Positions 40,301 to 49,322 of a DNA stretch of 52,842 bases are shown here, in pieces. The notes beneath the pieces are model-generated. The model saw only the letters and a program-made list of their open reading frames with translations. It was not told where the DNA came from and ran no database searches. Position numbers and translations under genes: made by a program. The first letter of the stretch is position 1; each line of letters begins with the position of its first letter. The stretch lies in NCBI GenBank assembly GCA_029941235.1, contig JAPYQM010000011.1, forward strand, positions 4,677-57,518, written 5' to 3'. This DNA comes from Myxococcota bacterium. Its GTDB lineage: Bacteria > Myxococcota_A > UBA9160 > UBA4427.

Positions 40301-41302
40301 TCAGCGAGTGCCCGGGCTCCCAAGGCGAACGCCATGAATCCGCTGCTGGGCCTTCAAGTCCGAATCGACCATCAGGCCAATCAGACTTTCAAAATTTGTC
40401 GCTGCCTTCCAGCCAAGTTCCCTCTCGGCCTTGCTCGGATCGGCGAGGAGGGTATCCACCTCGGCTGGGCGTTGAAGGTTCTTATCGGTCTTGACGAAGT
40501 CCTCTGGCTCAAGACCGACGTGGGAAAACGCGAGTTCGTAACACTGCCGCACAGAGTGCTGAACGCCCGTCCCGATCACGTAATCAACAGCTTCTGGAGC
40601 TTGAAGCATTCGCCACATCGCGTCGACGTACTCGGCCGCGTATCCCCAATCGCGCCGAGCTTCAACGTTGCCCAGCTTCAGTTCATCCTGCAGCCCAAGC
40701 TTGATTCGAGCAACACTCTCCGTGATTTTCCGAGTAACGAACTCTCGACCTCGACGCGGAGATTCGTGGTTGAAGAGAATTCCAGATACCGCAAAGAGAT
40801 CGTAGCTCTCCCTGTAATTGACGGTAATCCAGTGACCATAGAGCTTCGCCACTGCATACGGACTGCGCGGATAAAAATCAGTGGACTCACTCTGCGGAAC
40901 TTCGGCGACCCTCCCGAACATCTCGGAGCTGGAAGCCTGGTAAAAGCGAATGCCTGGATCAATCGTTCGAATCGCATCCAACATCCGGGTGACTCCGAGA
41001 GCCGTGTATTCCCCAGTCAGCGAGGGTTGGACCCACGACGTGGGAACAAAAGATTGCGCCGCAAGGTTGTAGATTTCCCTCGGCCTCGAATCTCGAATCG
41101 CCGTTTCAAGAGATACTTGATCGAGCAGATCCGCTTGATGGAGCTGCAGGTCCTTACGAATGTGTGCGATACGCTCGTACGTCTCCGTGCTCGAGCGCCG
41201 AACGACTCCGTGAACCTCGTAGCCTTTCTCAATTAGCAACTCTGCAAGGTAGGAACCATCCTGACCCGTGACTCCCGTAATGAGTGCAATCTTTGCGCCC
41301 AT
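40301..41302 (-). CDS. gmd: GDP-mannose 4,6-dehydratase
   Basis: 333 aa with ALITGVTGQDGSYLAELLIEKGYEVHG and NHESPRRG motifs. Confidence 0.95.
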   Translation of the reverse strand: MGAKIALITGVTGQDGSYLAELLIEKGYEVHGVVRRSSTETYERIAHIRKDLQLHQADLLDQVSLETAIRDSRPREIYNLAAQSFVPTSWVQPSLTGEYTALGVTRMLDAIRTIDPGIRFYQASSSEMFGRVAEVPQSESTDFYPRSPYAVAKLYGHWITVNYRESYDLFAVSGILFNHESPRRGREFVTRKITESVARIKLGLQDELKLGNVEARRDWGYAAEYVDAMWRMLQAPEAVDYVIGTGVQHSVRQCYELAFSHVGLEPEDFVKTDKNLQRPAEVDTLLADPSKAERELGWKAATNFESLIGLMVDSDLKAQQRIHGVRLGSPGTR

Positions 41303-41319
41303 TTCATTTGCTCCCTTTT

Positions 41320-42414
41320 CTAATTATCGATCGAGTCAACAGGGGTGTCCGCTGACTCTTCGGCCTGCCCAGGCCGAAGCATACCAAGGTTTCTAAGGAG
41401 TCTTGCCGTCAATACGATTACCGCAGCCAGGAAGATATAGGCCGAAACACCCCTCAGCTGAGAAAAAGATAGTGCGATCACGCTGAAACAGAGGGTCTGA
41501 AAGTAGAGCCAAAGAACGGCACGCCGATGCGAACCTTCCCTTGCAAGAATCAGATGGTGCATATGCATTTTGTCCGGCGAAAAAATTCCTTTTCCAGTTC
41601 GGACGCGTCTAAAAATGGAAAGTCCCGTATCCAAAAGCGGGACAGCGAGTGCCAGGAGAGGGACAATGAAGGCAAGAAGAGCCGCCTTTCGATAGCCCTG
41701 AATCGAGATGAGAGCCAGCCCAAAGCCAACAAAGAGGGCTCCCGCATCGCCTAGGAAGATCCTCGCAGGCGGGAAATTGAAAGGCAGAAATCCCAGCAGA
41801 GCTCCGAGCATCACCAAAGAAATCAACAAACCTGCAGGTTGACTGGCCTGGAAGCAGAGAATGCCAAGGGTTGCAGCGATAATCACTCCGATTCCCGCCG
41901 TTAGTCCATCGAGGCCGTCGATGAGGTTCATCGCGTTGGTGACGACGACGATCCAGCCGAGCGTGATCAACCAGGAGAACCAACTCGGGAGCAAATGGGT
42001 CTCAAGAGTCAGAGGATTTGTAAAATAGTCGATCACAAATCCGGAGTTGATCGCGATCAGAGAAGCCAAGAGTTGAAAGGGCAGTTTCTGCCAAGCTCCC
42101 AGTTCAAAGCGGTCGTCCCAGGCACCCACCAATACCAGTAACGTGCCCCCTGCCATAAAGGACGCTACCTGATCCCGCACATTCATGAATTGCGATTGGT
42201 CCGCGACAAAATAGTACGCAATCAGCCCCATCCCACAGCCAGAAACCACCGCGATTCCTCCCAAAAGGGGAATCCCTTCCCGGTCGTTGACCTTTCTTTC
42301 GCTGGGGCGATCGACAACATTCAGAAGAGTTGCCATTTTTCCTGCGAGGGGCGTCAGCACTCCGGCAACGAGGCCTGCCGTGCAGAATGCGAGAATCAAT
42401 GCGACTAAATCCAT
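41320..42414 (-). CDS. polyprenyl-phosphate N-acetylhexosamine-1-phosphate transferase (WecA/MraY family)
   Basis: 364 aa polytopic membrane protein with NAMNLIDGLDGL and FLGDAGALFVGF motifs. Confidence 0.8.
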   Translation of the reverse strand: MDLVALILAFCTAGLVAGVLTPLAGKMATLLNVVDRPSERKVNDREGIPLLGGIAVVSGCGMGLIAYYFVADQSQFMNVRDQVASFMAGGTLLVLVGAWDDRFELGAWQKLPFQLLASLIAINSGFVIDYFTNPLTLETHLLPSWFSWLITLGWIVVVTNAMNLIDGLDGLTAGIGVIIAATLGILCFQASQPAGLLISLVMLGALLGFLPFNFPPARIFLGDAGALFVGFGLALISIQGYRKAALLAFIVPLLALAVPLLDTGLSIFRRVRTGKGIFSPDKMHMHHLILAREGSHRRAVLWLYFQTLCFSVIALSFSQLRGVSAYIFLAAVIVLTARLLRNLGMLRPGQAEESADTPVDSIDN

Positions 42415-42462
42415 CCCCGGCCTCTTCCTGCCGTCCCTCGTCGCGGAGGTCCCGAAAACATT

Positions 42463-43314
42463 CTAGTAGGGCCCGGTGGGCGATGAGTTCTGGGCCACCC
42501 CGTTGAGTACCATGCCGAGAATTCGCCTCTGATCAAGAATTTCGAGCATGGTCTCCACGTCTTCTTTCGGTGTGACCCCAGCACGCACAACCAGAACTAT
42601 TCCGTCGCTGAGCTCGGAAACGGTTTTTGAATCGGGCAACCCGAGACAGGCGGGTGTATCTAGAATCACCTGGTCGTAGAGTTCGGCGACTTCTTCGACC
42701 ATCTCCCGCATCCCTACTGAAGCCAGAAGTTCGGAGGGATTGGTGGGCCTGCCTCTGACGAGAAGTACATCCATGTTAACGGTATCGATCTTGGTAATCG
42801 CCTCTTCGAGGCGAGCACTGCCCATCAATACCTCTCCCAAGCCTACGGCGGGATCAACTCCCAGACTCGTATGGATACTCGGATTGCGCAGATCACAGTC
42901 GACAAGAAGAACCTTCTTCCCCAGGCTCATGGATGTGACGACCGCCAGGTTGATCGAAGCCATACTTTTGCCTTCGCCAGAATTCGCGCTGACTACTGAA
43001 ACTGTCTTGAGTGACTGCTGGGTCGCCAGCGAGTCGATACGGCCTCGAAGAGTACGAAACTGCTCTGACACTACGGAGTCGGGCTGAAGCATCGTTATGC
43101 GGCGCTTATTGATATCGTTCGCCGTCTCTACTCCAATTTTTCCTCTTGGCCCCGACCCGAAGGATAGAATTTTCTTAAGACTCCCCCTTTTTCGCACTGG
43201 AGCGCTCGCGGGTGTCGTGTCCCATTCTGTCGGCGCCATGACCGCGGGTTCACCAACGGCCTTTCTTCGGCGTTCCGCTTCGGCCCGCTGCAATGCTTCA
43301 TAATGTTTGGCCAT
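42463..43314 (-). CDS. BY-kinase-like P-loop ATPase (EPS / PEP-CTERM locus tyrosine autokinase family)
   Basis: 283 aa. N-terminal MAKHYEALQRAEAERR, Walker A (SGEGKS), A' (LLVDCDLRNP) and B (VILDTPA). The C-terminus has only one Tyr. Confidence 0.7.
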   Translation of the reverse strand: MAKHYEALQRAEAERRRKAVGEPAVMAPTEWDTTPASAPVRKRGSLKKILSFGSGPRGKIGVETANDINKRRITMLQPDSVVSEQFRTLRGRIDSLATQQSLKTVSVVSANSGEGKSMASINLAVVTSMSLGKKVLLVDCDLRNPSIHTSLGVDPAVGLGEVLMGSARLEEAITKIDTVNMDVLLVRGRPTNPSELLASVGMREMVEEVAELYDQVILDTPACLGLPDSKTVSELSDGIVLVVRAGVTPKEDVETMLEILDQRRILGMVLNGVAQNSSPTGPY

Positions 43315-43335
43315 TGTCGCTCTACGATCCCCTTA

Positions 43336-44235
43336 CTAACGAAAGAACCTGAATATCTCGCGAACCTTGCTGCGGGATTTTTTCTTATGCTCCCCGCTTG
43401 CACCAGATTCACTCTCCGAAGGAAGCGTCTCCAGCATATCAAGATCTTCCGCAGCTTCCTCGATCATATCCGCGTCAACTATTTTCTGCGCCCTTGCAAA
43501 GCCCATCAAAAGCGCGCTGTCACACAGGACGTTCAACAGCCTTGGCGTACCCCCCGTAATCCGGTAGAGAGCACGCAACGCACCCCGCTTGAAAAGCCGT
43601 CCTCCAGTAAACCCAGCCCGCCGAAGGCGGTCCTCTACATATTCGTGGGTCTCGGTCTCATCAAATGGTCTCAGATGGTGGCTCAGCGCAATCCTCTGGC
43701 GCAGTTGGCGAAGCTCGGGCTTCCGAAGCATCTCCTTCAACTCCGGCTGTCCCACTAGCATTATCTGGATGAGCTTCGAACGTGGCGTTTCAAGGTTTGA
43801 AAGCAGCCGAATCTCTTCCAGCATATCGATCGAGAGATTTTGCGCTTCATCAACTATGAGAAGAGTCTTTTCGTTCTTCGCAAGTCGATCTATCAAAAAT
43901 TCGTTCAGCTGCAACAAATACTCCGCCTTGTTCTTGCGCCTAGGCTCAATGTCGAGTTCCTCAAAAAGTATTCGAAAGAAACCGAGCGGAGTCAGTCGCG
44001 GATTGAATATGAAGGCTGACTTCGTTTTGGAATCGAGCTGACCCAGGAGCGCATGCAGGAGGGTAGTTTTCCCCGTTCCCACTTCACCCGTGAGCATCAC
44101 AAAGCCCTTCCCCGCCTTGACGCCATACAAGAGGGTCGCGAGACCCTCACGATGCGCCTCTCCAAGGAAGAGAAATGAAGGGTCCGGGGTCATTTCAAAG
44201 GGCGGCCTGACCAAGCCGTAGTATTCACAATACAT
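43336..44235 (-). CDS. ExeA-like AAA ATPase (XrtA/PEP-CTERM-system-associated ATPase family)
   Basis: 299 aa with YYGLVRPPFEMTPDPSFLF, Walker A (GEVGTGKTTLL) and Walker B (LLIVDEAQ). Confidence 0.75.
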   Translation of the reverse strand: MYCEYYGLVRPPFEMTPDPSFLFLGEAHREGLATLLYGVKAGKGFVMLTGEVGTGKTTLLHALLGQLDSKTKSAFIFNPRLTPLGFFRILFEELDIEPRRKNKAEYLLQLNEFLIDRLAKNEKTLLIVDEAQNLSIDMLEEIRLLSNLETPRSKLIQIMLVGQPELKEMLRKPELRQLRQRIALSHHLRPFDETETHEYVEDRLRRAGFTGGRLFKRGALRALYRITGGTPRLLNVLCDSALLMGFARAQKIVDADMIEEAAEDLDMLETLPSESESGASGEHKKKSRSKVREIFRFFR

Positions 44236-44253
44236 GTGTACTCCGGAAGACCA

Positions 44254-45900
44254 TCAGGGGTTCCATCCTAAATTCATTCCTTGAATGCGGCGCCTAGCCT
44301 CAGACTCTCCGTCTCGATCCTCTTCGCCGGCGTCGCTACTCGGAAAAATCTGAACGTCGTTGACGTATACGTACGAAACAGCTCCGCCCAAGAGGAACAA
44401 TGCGGCAATTCCGCCAGCGACCAGAATTTCGCGAGCCCGTTGGCGACGGCGCGCGGCGAAATCTGGCTCAAGCATAATCGCCGGAATCGAGGCCAATACT
44501 GGCACACTGGTCGCGGCTTGAAGGCTGCGCGAATCATAGACGGCCGAATCGAGAGATTCGAGCAAGAGCCCAACAGCTCCGGCCACTCCCATGCCCATCA
44601 CCAAACCCAAGAAAAGAATCAGCCGACGATTGGGAGAACTCGGACTCGGCGCCGGAAACGCGGACTCAAGAATTCGAAACTGCTCCCCGAGTTGCTTTCG
44701 CTCAAGATCCGCCTGGACGCTCGCCTGCTGGCGACGCGCACCAAAATCTTGGAATGAAGCGTTGAGGTGACTGTACTCCCGAGCGAGTGCCTCAAGCACA
44801 GCAGCGACCGCGGGAGTCGCTGCCAGCCGCTCGCGCGCGTCCTCGCCCTGTTCGGTCAGACGTTGAGCGTCCCGTGTCAACGCCTCGACTCGCAGTGCAG
44901 AACGGCGCTCCTCGGACTTGGCATTCTGCTCCGCATACGAACCCGGCACCCCTTCCTCTCCTAGCTCTGGACTGTCGATGCGATCGTCGAGCAGGACCAG
45001 TTCCTGGATCGCCTGCACGACATCCGGGTGACGATCCGTAAAACCGCGAGCTCGCATCATTCCAAGCTCAGCCTGGACAACGTTGCGGCGATACACTGGA
45101 CTCGCCTGATCGTTCAGTCCGGTCATGGCGCCCGCTGTAATGGCCTGATTTTTCCAAAATGCCTCGTCACTCATTGCAAGATCCAAAGCACGCTGCACCT
45201 CTCGAAGCTGATTCATCGACAGCTGAAGGGCTTCCTGATTGGATTTCAACTCCTCCGGAAGATGGCCCGCGTTTTCGCTCTTAAGTTCCTTGATCTCTTG
45301 CTCGACTTCGCCAAGACGACTGCTCAGTTGCTCAATCGAATCCTGCATGAAGCGTAGACTCTGTTGCGAAACATTGACTCGAGCATCGATATTGGCCTCG
45401 AGGAAGTCGTTGCCGATGCTCTGCGCGACTACCGCGGCCGTAACCGCAGACCTCGACCTAAACGATATCCGGAACGAGTTGAAATCGATTTCTTCCCTCT
45501 GGCGGCGGCCGGCTTCCAGCGCACTCACAATGGGCTCAACCACAACATTGGCCCGCATGATGTCGATCACTTCTGAGCGCTGCATGCTCTCTGACTCTTC
45601 GGGATACAAGTCGAATTCATCGATCAATCGGGAAAGGCGCGGCCGACTAAGAATTTCCGCCGTCATGATCCCGAGGCGTTCCTTTAGATCGCTCTCTCGA
45701 ACACCTGCACTGACCAGCCCCTCATCGACTGCTTGCGGCTCAACGAGGATGGTTGCGTACGAGGAGTATTGATTGGGAAGCGCCATCGCGATCAAGTACA
45801 TCAGCAGAAAAGTCGCTCCGCCGACAGAGAGCATAACCTTCCCCCGACGACGCAGCATTCCACCGATATCGGGAAGCTGAGGAGATTGCTGAGTATTCAT
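44254..45900 (-). CDS. polysaccharide co-polymerase (Wzz/chain-length determinant) protein
   Basis: 548 aa with an N-terminal TM helix, a long coiled-coil periplasmic region and C-terminal TM helices. There is no fused kinase domain. Confidence 0.75.
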   Translation of the reverse strand: MNTQQSPQLPDIGGMLRRRGKVMLSVGGATFLLMYLIAMALPNQYSSYATILVEPQAVDEGLVSAGVRESDLKERLGIMTAEILSRPRLSRLIDEFDLYPEESESMQRSEVIDIMRANVVVEPIVSALEAGRRQREEIDFNSFRISFRSRSAVTAAVVAQSIGNDFLEANIDARVNVSQQSLRFMQDSIEQLSSRLGEVEQEIKELKSENAGHLPEELKSNQEALQLSMNQLREVQRALDLAMSDEAFWKNQAITAGAMTGLNDQASPVYRRNVVQAELGMMRARGFTDRHPDVVQAIQELVLLDDRIDSPELGEEGVPGSYAEQNAKSEERRSALRVEALTRDAQRLTEQGEDARERLAATPAVAAVLEALAREYSHLNASFQDFGARRQQASVQADLERKQLGEQFRILESAFPAPSPSSPNRRLILFLGLVMGMGVAGAVGLLLESLDSAVYDSRSLQAATSVPVLASIPAIMLEPDFAARRRQRAREILVAGGIAALFLLGGAVSYVYVNDVQIFPSSDAGEEDRDGESEARRRIQGMNLGWNP

Positions 45901-45979
45901 TTTTTCCTGATCTTTATCGCCATGATCGCCAGATTTCTTTCAGCCCCGGGGTCCGTTGCCGGCCCCGTCGCCACTTTTC

Positions 45980-47248
45980 CTAAAAGAAATAGGAGGGAAA
46001 CTCATAGTTCAGAGACACTGAGCCCGAGTAATTATCCTGATTGGATTGATCGATTCCGTCGATCTTGTAGTCGGTCCAGCTCTGGTAGCGAAAATCGAGC
46101 CGCAAAAGAATTCGCTCGCCGAGACGCCGAGCGGCGCCCACCGAGACCCAGGCTCGATCGAGCTGAGTCTCCTGGGAAAACGGCCGGGGAACTGTTGAGC
46201 CTTCGTCTCGTATAAGAAACGCGTCGACCGTTTGTCTTCGACTCCATCCCAGTACGGCGTCCACCCTCCAAAACTCGTCGGCGGCGGAACTAAACGACGC
46301 TGATATTGAATCGACAACGGAAGTCCTACTCGATCCCCCCGAAGCATCTTCGTTCCGAGTATAGTTCAGCCGGAACTTGGAATCTCTGATTTTCCGAGTC
46401 AGTGAAATGTCTGCGAAGTAAGTGAAGTCATCGTTCGACTCGGGCTGAGGCCTGCCCACCACCGCCCCGGGCGCCGTACTAATCAACGATGGACCACCCT
46501 GGAAATCGAATACGAAGCGAGGCGATATCCGATAGGACCCGAGGATACCAAGGTTGGAGACCACGACCTCGGAACGTCCCGAGAGCGGCTGCTCATCAAA
46601 GAGCCTGTAGCGGCTGGCCAAACTCGCACCCAGAGTTAAACGATCGGAGAGGCCTCGAGAATACGAAGCGACAGCCCCCACCGACTTGTTCCCTACATTC
46701 GAGCGGAGAACTTCGCGCGATTGACGGTACGAATAATTCTGGATATCAAGGCTCAATCGAACATTTGTCCGTTGATTCAGGCTCCGCGAATACGCAAGGT
46801 CTCCAAATGCGCGAATTGTCTCTCCCGCAGGCGACGCCAATACATCAAAAGATCCGTCCGCTCCGGCCTGGGAAATAGCCTGCACCGAACTGAACTCGTC
46901 ATAGGATGCCGACGCCGATAGATGATCTCTGCGCGTAATGTCTATCGTTGCACTTCCGTTCGCCTTGTTGTCGAAATTATTGACACCTTCTGACCTGAAG
47001 TACCAAAGGTACGAGGGTCGATAAGAAGCCTGGTATTTGCCTCCGCGAAACCTATCGAAGCTTCCACCCAGGCTCAAGCTCGGATTGATCCGATAGGTGC
47101 CATCGGTTATTGGACTCGTTGCTGACCCAAAAATATTACTCTCTACCCGGGCGCTCTGTCTGATTCCTAGAGCAAGCTGGTGCGCTTCTGCAAGGGAACT
47201 TGCAGTCATGAGCGCACACCACAACGCTGGGAGGATACGAACTCGCAC
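45980..47248 (-). CDS. outer-membrane beta-barrel protein (PEP-CTERM-locus-associated barrel family)
   Basis: 422 aa with a signal peptide (ASSLAEA), alternating-polarity strands rich in S/Y/R/G and a C-terminal ...YEFPSYFF aromatic beta-signal. Confidence 0.55.
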   Translation of the reverse strand: MRVRILPALWCALMTASSLAEAHQLALGIRQSARVESNIFGSATSPITDGTYRINPSLSLGGSFDRFRGGKYQASYRPSYLWYFRSEGVNNFDNKANGSATIDITRRDHLSASASYDEFSSVQAISQAGADGSFDVLASPAGETIRAFGDLAYSRSLNQRTNVRLSLDIQNYSYRQSREVLRSNVGNKSVGAVASYSRGLSDRLTLGASLASRYRLFDEQPLSGRSEVVVSNLGILGSYRISPRFVFDFQGGPSLISTAPGAVVGRPQPESNDDFTYFADISLTRKIRDSKFRLNYTRNEDASGGSSRTSVVDSISASFSSAADEFWRVDAVLGWSRRQTVDAFLIRDEGSTVPRPFSQETQLDRAWVSVGAARRLGERILLRLDFRYQSWTDYKIDGIDQSNQDNYSGSVSLNYEFPSYFF

Positions 47249-47257
47249 AAATATTCC

Positions 47258-47908
47258 CTACTCGGGGATAACAATCGTGTCACCAGGCTCGACCAAAATG
47301 TTTGAGTCCAGCTCCTTGCCGGCGACGTAGGCGGAGTAATTGAAGCGATAAGAGACAAGACCATCCGGCGTCGGGCGAAGGATTCGAATATCCGAACGAT
47401 TCGCCCATGTATTGAACCCTCCGACCGCCGCGATGACTTCGAGTACCCGCATCTGACGGTTCAGTGGCAAGGTGCCCGCACGCAGAGCCCCACCCATCAC
47501 TGTGACAACCTGACTATTGGCCTGCAGAACGATCACTGTCACGCTCGGAGAACTGATGTATTTCGCCAACTTCCCGCTGATGACTTCTTTCAGTTCTGCA
47601 GGCGTCAGACCCTCGGCTTGGACGTCGTCCAGAAGGGGAACCGAAATCTTCCCATCACTTCTCACTGGCACTTCAACACTCAACTCAGGATTCTTCCAGA
47701 CGGTAATCCGCAAGATATCCGGGATTCCGATTACATAGGGGACACGCAGGCCCATCTTTTCATCCGGGGGCGAATCGGCCGCTGGCCTAGCACACCCCAA
47801 CGCCAGGAGCGTCAGCATCAAAACACCACTCACTGTCGCAAAGAACGGTCGAGACAATTTCGGCGATTGCCCCGTGCCGGTCAATCGATCTCGCGATTCA
47901 AATTCCAT
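47258..47908 (-). CDS. short outer-membrane polysaccharide export (OPX, Wza-like) lipoprotein
   Basis: 216 aa with a lipobox (LLALGC), a Poly_export-type segment (YVIGIPDILRITVW) and one SLBB-like domain. No C-terminal amphipathic helix domain. Confidence 0.8.
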   Translation of the reverse strand: MEFESRDRLTGTGQSPKLSRPFFATVSGVLMLTLLALGCARPAADSPPDEKMGLRVPYVIGIPDILRITVWKNPELSVEVPVRSDGKISVPLLDDVQAEGLTPAELKEVISGKLAKYISSPSVTVIVLQANSQVVTVMGGALRAGTLPLNRQMRVLEVIAAVGGFNTWANRSDIRILRPTPDGLVSYRFNYSAYVAGKELDSNILVEPGDTIVIPE

Positions 47909-49322
47909 CGCTTAGCCCGTTCTCCTTCATTTTATAGAGTAAAGCCTTGTAGCTGATCTGCAGTCTTTGCGCGGCTTCCTTGCGGTTCCATCGAGTCTGC
48001 GTCAACACGCGTTCGATCACCTTCTTCTCCGCAACTCTGGCTGCTCGTTTGGAGATCGCTTTCAGATCGAAGCCCTCACCATCTGACAAATCTGCGCTCA
48101 AGGATGAGAGATCCAGGGTGTCCTCTTGGGGCGTACCGGCCACGGAAACCGCAACATCCTGCCGCTGAATTTCTTTCAGAACCGCCTGCTCGCTGCCCAA
48201 CACAACTATGCGCTTGATCATATTCTCCAGCTCACGCACATTTCCGGGCCAGTTGTATTCCATCATAATGCCCATCGTTTTCGGGGAAAGTGGACGGGCC
48301 TCTTTCCCGTACTGCTCCCCATACATGCTGAGAAAGTGCTCGGCCAGTAGGGGCACCGCGTCGATTCGATCGCGAAGCGGTGGAAGAGGAATCATGACGA
48401 CGTTCAGCCGGTAGTAGAGGTCCTCTCGAAACTCTCCCGAGCGCACAGCCTCTTCCAGATTCCGATTGGTCGCCGCGATTATTCGAGTATCAACCTTGAC
48501 ATCACTCTCGCCTCCCAGACGTGAGAATTCGCCATCTTGAAGAACCTGAAGAAGCTTGGCCTGCAGCCCCGGCGCCATTTCGCTGATTTCGTCGAGAAAG
48601 ATTGTGCCGCGGTTCGCGTACTCAAATTTCCCGAGCTTCCTCTTTTGGGCGCCGGTAAACGCTCCCTTTTCGAAGCCAAAGAGCTCGCTCTCGAGCAATT
48701 CCGAAGGCAGCGCCGCGCAGTTCACTTTGACAAATGGGCGCTCGCTGCGGTTGCTCAACTGGTAGAGGGCTCGGGCCACAAGTTCCTTCCCCGTCCCGCT
48801 CTCTCCGCGGACCAGAACCGTGATGTCCGTATCCGCAACTTGCTCGATGGTCTCCCTCACTTCTCTCATCTTGGGGTTGTCACCGCCAAGAAGAAGACCG
48901 TCGACTTCGCTCCGGACTCTTCCGCGAAGATTCACGACTTCTTCCTTGAGAGCGTGAGTCTCCAAGGCTTTGCTAAATGCAAGTTCGAGTTCTTCGACCT
49001 CAAAAGGCTTGCGCAGAAAGTCCGATGCCCCCAACCGCATCGCTTCGACGATCATACGGGCCTGCCCGTGACCGGAGAGCATGATGACCGGCACCTGGGG
49101 CAAGGCCTCCTTGAGTTTTCCTAGAGTTTCGAGACCATCCATTCCCGGCAAAACCGCATCGAGGGTGATGATATCCGGCCGACTTTCCGACAAGCCAGCG
49201 ATCGCACCCTCGCCGTCGGCGGCCGAAAACACGTCGTAGCCCTGACGTGATGCAACCGTGTGGAGGTACTCCCGGATACCCGGATCGTCGTCAATGACGA
49301 GAACTCTGAATGCGTCACCCAT
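47898..49322 (-). CDS. prsR: sigma-54-dependent response regulator (NtrC family; PrsR-like by context)
   Basis: REC domain (VLVIDDD...IITLDAVLPGMDG), AAA+ domain with GAFTGA and a C-terminal Fis-type HTH. The ATG at 49320-49322 is preferred over the track start at 49436. It overlaps the OPX gene by 11 nt. Confidence 0.75.
   Translation of the reverse strand: MGDAFRVLVIDDDPGIREYLHTVASRQGYDVFSAADGEGAIAGLSESRPDIITLDAVLPGMDGLETLGKLKEALPQVPVIMLSGHGQARMIVEAMRLGASDFLRKPFEVEELELAFSKALETHALKEEVVNLRGRVRSEVDGLLLGGDNPKMREVRETIEQVADTDITVLVRGESGTGKELVARALYQLSNRSERPFVKVNCAALPSELLESELFGFEKGAFTGAQKRKLGKFEYANRGTIFLDEISEMAPGLQAKLLQVLQDGEFSRLGGESDVKVDTRIIAATNRNLEEAVRSGEFREDLYYRLNVVMIPLPPLRDRIDAVPLLAEHFLSMYGEQYGKEARPLSPKTMGIMMEYNWPGNVRELENMIKRIVVLGSEQAVLKEIQRQDVAVSVAGTPQEDTLDLSSLSADLSDGEGFDLKAISKRAARVAEKKVIERVLTQTRWNRKEAAQRLQISYKALLYKMKENGLSDGI

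Noticed and set aside
40142-41236. 364-aa ORF antisense to the whole of gmd
   Set aside because: gmd has unmistakable motifs on the other strand, and the antisense translation has none. Long antisense frames are expected from codon periodicity.
44500-44514. TGGCACACTGGTCGC, a near sigma-54 consensus on the plus strand
   Set aside because: It lies inside and antisense to the Wzz-like CDS, has a TCGC mismatch at -12 and has no downstream gene in that orientation. Most likely chance.
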